DNA of 64,000 bases, filler included, from Sphacelaria rigidula (Eukaryota), in assembly GCA_964200075.2 (NCBI GenBank). It is 3 parts of 3 records of this genome, joined end to end, with 100 filler letters (N's around TTAATTAATTAA, not from the genome) between each part and the next. Parts side by side here need not be neighbours in the genome. Positions count along the whole stretch, not along the records: positions 42,870 to 64,000 come from CAXNAA020000460.1; 2 more parts are not named here. One strand, written 5' to 3'. Under the pieces are notes generated by a model. The model made no database searches and had not been told where the DNA came from. It saw only the letters and a program-made list of their open reading frames with translations. This document shows, one piece after another, positions 53,001 to 64,000 of this stretch. Every line of letters starts with the position of its first letter. The first letter of the stretch is position 1. Made by a program: the position numbers and the translations under genes.

Positions 53001-53526
53001 TAGCACGCATGATACATGGTGGTTTCTGCAAAGAAAGTGGCATTGCATGTGCTAAGTGAAATATTGGCAAGCTTTTACGGAGCTGTTATCGGAAACAGCG
53101 GCAGGGATGGTTATTCTATGCGGAAAAAAACAGTTGTACCAAGCAACAATGGTGTCTGTTTTGTCAAATTCTAATGTGACTACTTGTCGGTAGTAAAATA
53201 TATGTCGGGGATGCTATAGACTCTATAATAGTCACCGTTGTCACCTATGTTGGGGATATTGTGTAGTACAGCAATGCGCCGTAGGCTTTCACCGCTAGTT
53301 GATGGATCGCGGGTCTGCGGGTCTGATCGGTGGACTTTGGGTGTTCCGTCGCCGCAAGGTTTGGGTTTGATTTTTACTCCGGTGGACAAAGGCTATGGTC
53401 CTCTTCTTCTGCACCATGAATAGCTGAGGGTTAATACATGAATGACGAAAGGTGCTGAAGTCTATGTGCCCATGATGTGAGGGGTCTACATAGCTGTCAG
53501 ATCTTGAGTGGCAGAGGTCTATAGCC
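50014..53526 (+). mobile_element. Non-autonomous LTR retroelement lacking pol
   Basis: ~280-bp direct repeats at 50014-50297 and within 53212-53526. The right LTR is bounded by TGCTATAGAC...GTCTATAGC(C) and preceded by a short purine run (GGGGA); the left LTR is 5'-truncated. The interior has long + strand reading frames. Confidence 0.8.
50782..52564 (+). pseudogene. Interrupted internal ORF of the LTR element (gag-like N-terminus followed by ~40-aa tandem repeats)
   Basis: The ORFs at 50782, 51058 and 51793 share one frame, separated by single stops. About five TQH-x-x-VR...HDS...ESAVVG repeats lie at 51205-51770. A second frame at 52052-52564 repeats the PP[DE]QHVA..PCM motif. Confidence 0.6.
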
Positions 53527-54414
53527 TGCTTTCCATGCAGCTGACGCGGTCTGCATGTTTGTATGATCACTTGCGCCGTGTTGCTATTGGGCACGTTATG
53601 CGTACCGTAAAACTCGTGCAGATCGTTGGTACAAGAAGATGCATGGGCATGATAGTGCTCGGGCGCCCACGAACTGGCGCCCTTCCCGCGTAGACGAATA
53701 CCGCCGATCTGTGACAGCTGTGGTCACATGATGGACGTGCCCGAGATAAACAAAACCGAAACCCTCGCTAAAGAAAAGGGAATAATATACAACTTCAATT
53801 ATGTGCCCGACAGGTTCTGGGAGTTTGGTGAAAATTCCATATCGGTACCCGACTGTTCTGTAAGTTTTGTAAAAAATATCATACCGTACCAAACTTACCC
53901 GTACCATACAGAACACAACCTTGCAATATTGCAGACGAGAAAGATCACAGAAGGACGCTCGGGCCCTCAAACGATTTGGCGTATCTTCTGTTATGACCAA
54001 TAGGATCGTAGTGGCTCAATTTTGTTGAGCAGAAAAGTTAGGGCTTTATTATAGTCTACCTACTGTTTCTCCAACGCTTACCGCGAACAGGATGAGTACG
54101 CCTTCGTACCCATCTAGCCTTGGCGTTGACGCCTACAACAGCGGAGATGCGTACGCAATTACAGATCACCCGCTGGTGGTGCGTAAATATTACTGGGAGG
54201 GGGCACGAGCCATATGCAAGGCAGTAACCTGGCGGACTCGGACTTCATTGTATTCTTTATTAAGACATTGTTTCTCGCCAGGTCAACGGCCCTGAATGAA
54301 TCCTCGGCGGATGTACTGTATTACGTATAGTATGACGGAGGGTGCTATTTATCGTCATCGCGTCATGTTTAGATCTCGCACTTGCTGTACGCGCGAGACA
54401 TGGCATCCACTCAC

Positions 54415-54718
54415 CCATTGGAGATACCGACAGGTCTCCGAGCTTTACCCGACTTTTTGCGCTCAGCACGGCACCATTGCCGTTCTCCACGTTCACGTTG
54501 GTATTACCAAGCTTTGTGATAGAATCGAATAACTCCCCAAGCCCCCCCCAGCCGCCTGTAGTCGACATCGACATTGGTCCGTGTGAACACGACGATGATG
54601 GAGTGCGGACATGCTGCAGATGAAAGGCAAGGCTTCTGCGGGGAAAGATTACCACGGCGACCAACAGTAGTGCGCATGTCGTAGTGAAACTCCCGCCATT
54701 GTTGCACAAGCTCCTCAT
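54415..54718 (-). CDS. PLR1: Exon 1 of plastid-targeted aldo-keto reductase (pyridoxal reductase-like): signal peptide, transit peptide and start of the AKR domain
   Basis: MRSLCNNGGSFTTTCALLLVAVVIFPRRSLAF...SRVKLGDLSVSPMG has a hydrophobic leader followed by an ASAFAP-like 'SLAF'. It ends at a phase-1 donor ATG G|GTGAGT that joins exon 2 in frame. Confidence 0.88.
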
Positions 54719-56539
54719 GCTACGAACAGATAGTGCTGTTCACCATGCCACTACACGCGGGGTACCCTCTGTCATGTTCCAATAGTGTGATTTCATGATT
54801 TTTGTGCCGTGTGCTCCGCTGTCAAAAGTCGCGGGTTTTGTGGTTTTGGAGTTGGTAGTGGGTTGCAGAATCAGACGGGGGGGGAGGGGGTGAGCTGTGG
54901 TGGAGCTTGCTATTTGGATTGCGTCATTGTCCGCTGGTGAGTTTGACTGTGAAATGTGGCCTCGAAACCTGCACGACACGGGTGTCTGTATTTACATGTT
55001 TTTTTGTCCGGTCACGGGGTTTGTACTACAGTACCGTATACACATACGATACCCACTGATCTGATGGGGTTTACCAGGTATCCTGCTCTTAGCGCTTCTT
55101 GCAAGGAGATGTAAGTTGAGTGGCGGCAGCGTAACATACCACAGATCCTTGAATCTGCAGTTGATCAGTAATCCTGACCAAGGTTGCGATTTTGATGTCC
55201 TCCAGCGAGTGCAGGTTAAGTGCAGCAGTGAATTGGGTACTGCACAAAAACGCGCTTTAGTACAGATGGCACATGAGCGAGTGCAAGTTGAACTGTTTCT
55301 CTTCAGTTGCCCGAGATAACGAGACACCGAATGCTTCCCACACACAGCACGTCTCAAGATTCGTGCGATCCGCCGCCATCCCATACGAATACGCCACCTT
55401 GTACGACTGATTGGTGGGGGAATTGTACGAGGAGTTGTGCCGTAGGAATCACATTTGGGCGACCGATTCATGCCCTACAGGTCACATTTGGCTGGGTTGG
55501 ATTCTTTTCACGGGACTTCGAGGTGGGAATTCCTCTCACCGAAAGATATGGGACGGGACGGGACGGGAACGATTCCCATAAGCACAAAATGACGGGACGG
55601 GATCGGAATTTTTCAAGGTTTTGTTCTACAGTAAAGAGTATGGGCATGTCCTGTAGCAGGGTTTCAAAAAGTGCCTGCGGCGCTGCGGCAGCGCAGATGT
55701 TTAGGAAAATCTGGGCGCAGTGCAGAGTCCCAGCGGGCTTATCTGCGGCTTCCCGCAGTTTTTTTGCGCCCCAGGCATTTCAAAACTTCTGCGGCTTTCT
55801 TGTCCCCGAAGGCGACAATTTTTTTGTTTGATTGTCCAGTATACGGAGAATGTTTCGTCCATTTACGCATAATATCCCATGCCTCGTTCAAATTGTTCCC
55901 TGAATATACTATTTTTGTGCGTCAAACCGCTTGGAATAGCTTTTTCCACGTAGTATACCCATTTTTTCACTGATCTTGGAGGGTACTTTGCAAGGAAAAG
56001 GCCAAATTTTGAGTCGCATATCGCCTTCGGCTCTGATCTACGCTACCGCAGACCGAGCCTCCGAACTCTTTGAAACCCTGTTCTGTAGGGTATGAGATTC
56101 CTTACAAAAATATCGGGTACCGGTATGAAATTCTTACAGAAATTACAAAACTGTCGGGTACCGGTTTGAAAGTCCTACACAGTCTGGACAATGGACATAG
56201 AAACAGTATATTGCTTCAGGAATAGACATGAGGTAAAACCTATCGATATATGGGTACCTAGGATCACGTTCAGAGCTCTAGGCGCACGACTGACGAGAAC
56301 CGGGCTCACGAGAGCGAAGCGGGGCAACTCGAACTACTCTGAAAACAGTACACTTTAAGCAACCCTTCACCTCCACGTAACCTTACAAGTTGGGACGTTT
56401 TGAAAAAGCTAGGGGTGCTCTACAAAGTTTTTCCATCACAGCACGGTGTTCAGGCACGCGAAACGTCGGTGTACAAGCATACTTACCACTAACCAAAGTA
56501 TGTGTTCGCTTTGGCCATCGTGAAGGGGCATCACCACAG

Positions 56540-57185
56540 TCTCTGACATGTGGCATCAGCAATGGTTCATATTTCAAACATCTGACATGTGGCATCAGCA
56601 ATGGTTGTTTCAAACATCAAAATATGGCATGGAAGAGTGTAAGGCGAAGCTAGCTTGAGCGCGTACAGCACACGTGCTCTGAGAGTGAGAGAGTCCAATA
56701 ATCTGCAGAGTTATAGAGTCGGCTTTTGTCTACTAGCGCTGGAACTCCGATCACCAGTGAAGATTTCTAAGTTTGAACTTTGCGTTCACCTTGGTCAAAT
56801 GCGCGTCGGTTAATCGGTGAATCGGTGAATTAGGTTGATATTTCAAACATCAAAATATGGCATGGAAGAGTGTAAGGCGAAGCTAGCTTGAGCGCGTACA
56901 GCACACGTGTTCTGCAGAGTGAGAGAGTCCAATAATCTCAGAGTTATAGAGTCGGCTTTTATCTACTAGCGCTGGAACTCCGATCACCAGTGAAGATTTC
57001 TAAGTTTGAACTTTGCGTTCACCTTGGTCAAATGCGCGTCGGTGAATCGGTGAATCGGCGAATTAAACTTTTTACCGGAGGTTGCCCAAGTACATTGACC
57101 CGATTGACCGTCGCGTTTCAAGGTTGGACAAATGGAAGGGTGTAAGGCGAACCTAGATTGACCGTCGCGTTTCAAGGTTAGACAA
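56540..57185. repeat. Nested tandem duplications (~40 bp x2, ~233 bp x2, ~56 bp x2)
   Basis: TCTGACATGTGGCATCAGCAATGGTT x2; TTTCAAACATCAAAATATGG...GGTGAATCGG x2; GATTGACCGTCGCGTTTCAAGGTT x2. Confidence 0.9.
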
Positions 57186-57209
57186 ATGACGGCGGCCCCG
57201 TCCAATCCT

Positions 57210-57242
<33 letters not shown>

Positions 57243-57372
57243 TGGAACACTATAGATGGTGAAACGCATATATTAATATATATTGCAAGAGATAATAGAT
57301 GTTGCAATAATCGATCGATAGCCTATGGCAAGTATAATAGATAAAGATCAATCGCCATCGATGGAAATTGTG

Positions 57373-58915
57373 CACACGTCGGACAGATCAGCTCCCTGTA
57401 GCTCGAGCTAGCTCTTTTTGAGCGTAGCTCCCTAGTGAGCTATGGGAGCTGTATAAGCTACGCACGTTTGCGATAGGTGAGCTACCAACCCGTAGCTCAT
57501 CAGCTCATCTTCGTCCTGGGTGAGCTATGAGAGCTACATGAGCTATGCATGTTTGCCCTGGATGAGCTACCAACCCATAGCTCATCAGCTCATATTCACC
57601 CTGGGATGGGCTATAAGAACTGCATGAGCTAGGCATGTTTGCCCCGGATGAGCTATGAGAGATGCATGAGCTTCACATGTTCGCCCTGGGTGAGCTATGA
57701 GAGATGCATGAGCTACACATATTTACCCTGGATGAGCTATGAGAGCTAGGTGAGCTGCGAGTAATTGCCCTGGATGAACTATGAGAGCTATGAGAGCTAC
57801 GATTGCTCATCCCTTTGATCGCGAGGGTAGGAGGTATCTGAAACGGCATCATTCACACCCGAAAAATAAAGTGAAATATGCTGATTTATCAGATCGCTAA
57901 CCCTCGCGGTCAAAGGGCTAACCCCTTGACGGCGAGCACAAGCCATATGTTGAATCGGCTTCAATTTCACTTGAAAAACGTGCGCATGACCAGATGGACT
58001 CGTACCCTCGCCGCCAACCGATCAAAAGAAATGAATCGGTCGATTATTGTAGACACTGAATATTAATATTTTTTTCAACCATCCAACCAAGCGAACGAGG
58101 ATATGTCTTGGCTTCTGTTCTTCCTATCGCGAAGAGTGAGGCAAAACATCTCAACCTCATGATGAATGGCGCCATCCGTTCGAACAAGATTGTTACATCA
58201 TGAGCGACACGGGGTTGGCCAGCGGCGAGCTAGGCATATGACGTGAGTGAGCCACGACCATGTGTCCCTGGGGTGAGCTACCGGGCGTAGCTCATCCGCT
58301 CATGTTTCCCCGGAAGAGCTACAAGAGCTGCGTGAGCTACACATGCTTGCCTTGGGTGATCTATCGAGCGTAGCTCATCCGCATATGTTTTCCCTAGGTG
58401 AGCTATGAGAGCTACATGAGCTGCACATGTTTGCCCTGGATGAGCTACCAACCCGTAGCTCATCAGCTCATATTCGTCCTGGGTGAGCTATGGGAGCTGT
58501 ACGAGCTACGCACGTTTGCGATAGGTGAGCTACCAACCCGTAGCTCATCAGCTCATATTCGTGCTGGGTGAGCTATGAGAGCTTCATGAGCTACGCATGT
58601 TTGCCCTGAGTGAGCCACCAACCCGTAGCTCATCAGCTCATATTCGTGCTGGGTGAGCTATGGGAGCTGTACGAGCTACGCACGTTTGCGATAGGTGAGT
58701 TACCAACCCGTAGCTCATCAGCTCATATTCGTGCTGGGTGAGCTATAAGAGCTGCATAAGCTACGCATGTTTGCCCTGGGTGAGCTACCAACTCATAGCT
58801 CATCAGCGCACGTTTACCTTGTGTTGAGCTGTCGGACGTAGCTCACATGTACATGTTTGACTGCAAGTGAGCTACCGCCCGCAGATGAGCTAGCTCATGA
58901 GCTGTCCTACGTGTG
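57373..58915. mobile_element. Non-autonomous hAT-type element with GAGCTA/TAGCTC arrays
   Basis: TIRs CACACGTCGGACAG / CTGTCCTACGTGTG and 8-bp TSD AAATTGTG / AAATCGTG. Arrays lie at both ends around a unique core (~57810-58270). Confidence 0.88.
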
Positions 58916-61900
58916 AAATCGTGTACCGCAATAGGTTCTGGGATGTATACAAATATATCGATAGCCATTTCCGTAGTCAACAGGCAAGGTGATCCACCCA
59001 TCGATAGTCGTTGCCGTCACCAATAGATTTGGTGAGCCATCCATCGATAGTCGTTGCCATCATCATTAAATTTGGTGAGCCGTCTATCGGTGGCTTCTGC
59101 CGCCAACAATACATTTTTGGGTATCTATCAATGTAGTCATTGCCGTCAATAATCGATTGTTCTCGGGAGCACCTATCGATAGCCAGTGACGCCAACGATG
59201 GGTTTTTAAAAATATATTGCTCACTGCAGTGGTCTGATGACATCAACGGCAATGCCCCTCACACATGAATACGCAACTACCTGAGGCGATAGCTGGCCCT
59301 AGCTTCTGTGGAACAAAGGGGAAACATACATCGAAAAATGTGCGTACATAGCGCTAGTGATCGACGCCATTCAGCTACATTTATGGTCAGCAATAGGTAT
59401 TGGTGGCCGCGATTCAGATCGCATTGTGACCAGCGATATATAATGGTGGCCGCGATTCAGATGACATTGTTACCCTCAATAGACATTGGTGCGCGCAATT
59501 TAGATCCTGATATGACCAACAAAGTGTATTGGTGGCCGCGTGGCAGATCCTATAGTGATTAGCAATAGACATTGGTGGCCGCGATTCAAAGCCTGCTGCA
59601 CCAAATGAAATGTATCGATAGACAATTTGGCTCCTCTATTGTCACGGCAATGGTACATTCTGTCCCTTGTCCCGAATCTATTGTCGCCTACAATAGCTAT
59701 CGATAGACATTGATGCCAGTCGATTATGACGGACAATGAACATTAACAGTCAACTTTTCGGGGCTATTGCAGCGCCAATGTTCTATTACATAGTCTAGTG
59801 TCCAGGGTATAAGCACATCTCACCCACACACAAAAGTACTGTAAGCGCTCATGTCAGAGGGACAACCGTAAGTACCAACACCACACCAACAACAAAACGT
59901 GCAAACTTTTGTCTACACATGTTGCGGATTCCTACAAAATACAAGCGTTCCAAAATTGTAGAAACGTGACGTAATATATTCACAAGTAGTATCATCGTAT
60001 ACCCACTGCATGTCCACCTGCGGCTTCTCTACCGTGCTTTAACAGAGTGTAATAAGCTCTATGAGTAGTATGTTGCGATGTAGGTGTGACAATAGACGAC
60101 AGAGAATATCTATCGGTAGGCATTGTCTACCACAGCAGATTCTGGTCTGTATCTATCGATATTCAGTACCGCATGCATAGATTTTGTACACAATCCATCA
60201 ACAGCGATTGTCGTTATCAATAAATTTGGTATTCAATATGTCAATAGCCATCGTCGTCAACACATTTGGCACGCGGTCTATCGATAGCCATTGCCGTCAT
60301 CAAAAGCTTTGGAAAACTATCCATCGATACATTTGGTCGGCCGCAATAGATTCCGGTGTAGGGCCACAACAGACTGCTCCTCAGATAAAGGAGCGGAAAA
60401 CTGGTCTATCGATAGACATTGCCGACGACAATAGAAAGAGAAACTTGCCGATCGATGGTCGTTACGGACGACAATATTAGCTGCCGTCTATTGTCCAGGG
60501 TGTGAATACTTGTCTTACAGAAATTACCAAGGTTGTGTTCTGTAGGGTACGGGTATGTTTTGTGGGGTACCTTCGCCGTGGGAAATTTTATCCATCTCCG
60601 TGGAAGCCCTCACATATTATTAGCGCCCCCTGTCTGTACCGTGTGTGGTCACGGCATACCGGTTTTGCCGGCACAAGGAAAAAAAGGAAGTGACCTCCCG
60701 GCTACTGCTATCCCAACACAGCACACCAGGTCAAATAATCAGCTTGAGCGAGTACTACTACCACAACATGCCACCCTGCAAGCAGCGTAGGCTTGAGGTA
60801 GAATACGAAACCCCTGTGCATTATACCGAGACGAACCTGAAAGTGAACATGTCTGTGGACCAACCGATGTCAAATATGCCGAAAAGAACGTGCCAAAATT
60901 GGGTAAAGCAGAAAGTTGCCCCACTACTGAGTACAGGTTGCGCATAGGACTGTGACACCACAGGGTGCACAGCAGCTGTGGCTATGCTTCGTGTTTCGTG
61001 GTGAGGCTGTGGTACTACTCCTACTACGTTCCCACCTCAGGTACTACAAGGGACGTCTGTGTTCGTGTAATGATGCAACACAGACGATGCTGCACGGCAC
61101 ACACGGTGTGGGGGGTCAGACTGCACACTTTGCGCACTCACCAAAGAATGAGAGATGCCATTTGCAGGTCTGGGTAGATATCGGTGCTTATGTTATTTAA
61201 ACGAACTCTCAACAGTCTTATCTCACGGGGAAAATGTCATCAATCACGCTCATCTTGGTGGGGATAATTTGGGCACTACAGCTCATGATCCAGCGTGAAT
61301 AACACATCTTCTGCAGCGAAACGGGAACATCCAGCTGTGTTTCCGGAATCGGATCACCGGACATTTTTTTTAAAACTATTTTTCTCCCACTGCTGCAACA
61401 CGGGTTAGCACAACGAGGCCATATCATTTTTGTTCACGGAGAAAAAATCACCGGTGTTGTGATGAAGCATCCGACAACGGCAGTTGGATCGACTCCACCA
61501 TCAATAAATTGCAAGGTATTGGCATTGATCAACAGCAGCACGAACACACCAATGTATTGCTGTGCATGCTGTAGTCATTATCTATACAGTTATTATATTT
61601 ATTTATACCCGCTACATTTTCTCGATCGCTTGAACCCGTGGTCACACAGTGTACACATATTATTGTCATTGTTTAGCTGTGGTGACAGTTTCGCGGGCTG
61701 CGGTATATCAGGCAAGCGTCACCACGCGGTCGGTTTCTCCCCGCCATACTCCCCGCGGACACGGATCTGAGGATTGGAGTACGTCCACTGTGGTATTTTC
61801 TATTTTGTTTGTCACGCCGCTTCTTTTGGCTACCTCATCAAACGTAGGATACATGCTATGGACATATATCGTCTGCCCAAGACACCTCGAGCAACCAGGT

Positions 61901-62340
61901 TATTCTGGTTGTAGAAACTGTTCACTGTATGATGTTGATGAGATTTTTGAAAGACCATGTGCCCAAGCGCGCGGGGTTGTGCTGTACCGACGCTGCGTTT
62001 CTTTCAGCACCTTATTTCGACTATAGCGCAACTTTCGATATTTTTGCAACATTTTGAAGTTTGCGTCAGAAAAATTCTGCTCTCTGGCGGTCAATCTTGC
62101 GCTCGTTTTCAAGCCTTTGACGGCGAATCCCCCTCAGATTGATTCAGATGGACTATGCCACATTTTGGATTCAGAGCAGCTCTTCTCCTGCTATACAAAA
62201 CACCTTTTTTCATCAACATGTGGATATTGAGTATCTATACAGAAAACAGGCCCGAAGAACCCCTGGTCAGTTTCGGCCCTGCAGTCTACTGGGTGCAGAG
62301 TCAGTATGTGTGCTGTAAAGTCTTTGCTGGATACAGAAGG

Positions 62341-62686
62341 CGGTCGCCCCGGTGGCTCAGTTGGTAACCTCGAAACCCCCTGACGGTTGGGTCGTGGGTT
62401 CGAATCTCGGAGCGATCTGAATTTTTTTCTCACTCAGCGCCCAACAGTGAAGAGCGACTACGTCGTGGGGACACAAAGTTCGACTTAAGGGTCGACGAGG
62501 GAAAGGGATTGCTGAACTCCTCTCGCGATGAAAAATAGAGGAAACCGCCCGCAGAAGAACGGTGGAGAACTAAAAAAAATGGGAAAACAGTCCTGTGTTA
62601 ATCTTCCTCCTGTGTGACCCCGGCTGGTGCGCCCAAATATACCGAAAGGTGTAGACCGACGTCCAGAATAGATGGGATGGCAACAC
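62341..62686 (+). mobile_element. tRNA-derived SINE
   Basis: The head carries a Pol III A box (TGGCTCAGTTGG) and B box (GGTTCGAATC), followed by a ~260-bp body shared with the copies at 28.3 and 46.8 kb. Confidence 0.88.
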
Positions 62687-62765
62687 AAAGGCGAGAAGCA
62701 GTCAGCGTAACATCGCTCTGCACCTAACAGTTCACTAACTGCATATTGCTGATGCCTCTGCTGAG

Positions 62766-62830
62766 TTGATTGATTGATTGATTATCTCACATGAGCTGAT
62801 TGCAACAATCCAGCCCGTGGTCAGGAGCAG
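62766..62830 (-). mobile_element. 3' end of a LINE/SINE with (CAAT)n tail
   Basis: (TTGA)n preceding ATCTCACATGAGCTGAT...CCAGCCCGTGGTCA; a similar decayed tail lies near 44110. Confidence 0.55.
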
Positions 62831-63600
62831 CAAAAATAGTGTTCCACAACAACATTACAGGCAGTGTAAAGCTATGCCGGCAACACATGAGGATCAGGCA
62901 GGTGGCAAAGACCACCGGCAGAGTGTTAAGCACGTTATTTTGTGCCCATGAAATCTATGGTTGGATTATCACGACCGAAATGAGAAATACCGTTGGACAG
63001 CGGTATAGTCCCGCTGTAGCCCAGTTGTAGGGGAACAAAGTGACCGTTTTGATAACCGTGATCAGTCAAAATGATCACTCCGTTTCTCGCGGGCCTCGTT
63101 CCTTGCCTATGATTTCCCGCGGGGAACTTTCAAACACACATAAATGACTTGATGAGCTTTTTCGACTGTTCTACGAACAGGCTCCCACCTCCCTGTCAAC
63201 TACCCTGCCCCCTGGAAACCCCTGGATGTCCTTGGACTGTTAACCTGTGAAACTGTTCCGAGGCGACGCCAGCTGTCTAGGGGTTAAAGTTAGATAAAGA
63301 CCAACGTATTTTGCTTGCTCCGGCTGCGCCTCCAGTAACCCCCTCACCAGCCGGGGGGGACCACCTCAGCTCGGGCTGCGCCCTTGCGACTCGTGCCTCA
63401 CAACAGGAATCCATCAGCAATATATTGGAGAACAAATGTATTACTGATGTACTTGTGTACTGATGAAACGAGTTTTCAACATATATTGTATTGATGAAGC
63501 GGACTCATACGTCGCTTGGTCCTATTCTTGCTATATTATGCCACCCCATTTCTCCTGAAAAGGCTACTGTTCTGCTGACAAACAAAATACACATGTTTCA

Positions 63601-63884
63601 TCACTCGGGTGGGTAGATAGCACCCTGCCCACACCCTGCCTGAAGGAAAATTGAACCCTGTGTGGGTCAAACAAAGACGGGGTAGAGCATATCATCGATC
63701 CTATTCGATGTAATGCTAATGCTAGCAACAAGGTTGCGATGATGTGGTGATTTCGATCCATGTTTGTGGTGGTGACCGGGGGAAATCGTCTCCTTGCTTG
63801 CTTGCCTACTTTCTTGAAGCGCGTGAAGTGTTCCGTGTTTTCCGCATGTAGGTGTCGGCGCCACATCTTCGTTTGTTTCTCCGT
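63601..63884 (-). CDS. Possible last two exons (63810-63884 and 63601-63639) of a gene entering from the right
   Basis: TEKQTKMWRRHLHAENTEHFTRFKK|GTAGGC ... TTTTCCTTCAG|AGCGQGAIYPPE*. Phases agree; no recognisable domain. Confidence 0.35.
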
Positions 63885-64000
63885 CTATCCAAAGCTTCTA
63901 GATTTTTCCAGTAGAGGGTCGGCGAAATTCCCCCCCCCCTCTTTATTGATGGTGAGACACCCATGAGGCAGTGTGTAAGCCGGGGTTGTTTCGTGGAGGG

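Noticed and set aside
54890..55330. Plus-strand exons of a gene divergent from the PLR-like gene
   Set aside because: Some splice-like signals exist, but I could not build a phase-consistent model with a start codon.
57400..58900. GAGCTA-rich periodic repeats as a CRISPR array or coding repeat
   Set aside because: No unique spacers and no sustained ORF; bounded by TIRs and a TSD.
60768..62150. Coding-looking fragments on both strands
   Set aside because: No recognisable domain or consistent exon chain; left unannotated.
62341..62420. Functional tRNA gene
   Set aside because: A and B boxes are present, but I could not form a convincing cloverleaf, and it is fused to a multicopy body (SINE).

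Overview
This is eukaryotic, intron-rich and transposon-dense DNA, most likely from a brown alga or related photosynthetic stramenopile. That is inferred from a bipartite signal-peptide + 'SLAF' plastid leader, short exons in multi-kb introns and the repeat families. Two 100-bp artificial spacers (N44-TTAATTAATTAA-N44 at 21340-21439 and 42770-42869) split the window into three contigs, so genes may be cut at these joins. One gene is firmly identified: a minus-strand, plastid-targeted aldo-keto reductase of the pyridoxal reductase (PLR1) type. Four phase-consistent exons (54718 to 43309) are visible; its 3' exons are not. Also present are the first exon of a Kelch-repeat protein (25818-26033), a tentative head-to-head pair of spliced hypothetical genes near 15.9 kb, and a few weaker orphan exons. 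Most of the rest is mobile DNA: hAT-type MITEs with 8-bp target-site duplications (TSDs), TA-flanked Tc1/mariner-type MITEs, four copies of a tRNA-derived SINE, RTE-type LINE 3' ends, a decayed and rearranged Ty1/copia pol, a pol-less LTR element with a repetitive ORF, and Helitron-like 3' hairpins. I see no CRISPR array, rRNA, intact tRNA or clearly new multi-gene system. The best leads are the pol-less LTR element, the motif-array MITE families and the tightly spaced divergent gene pair.
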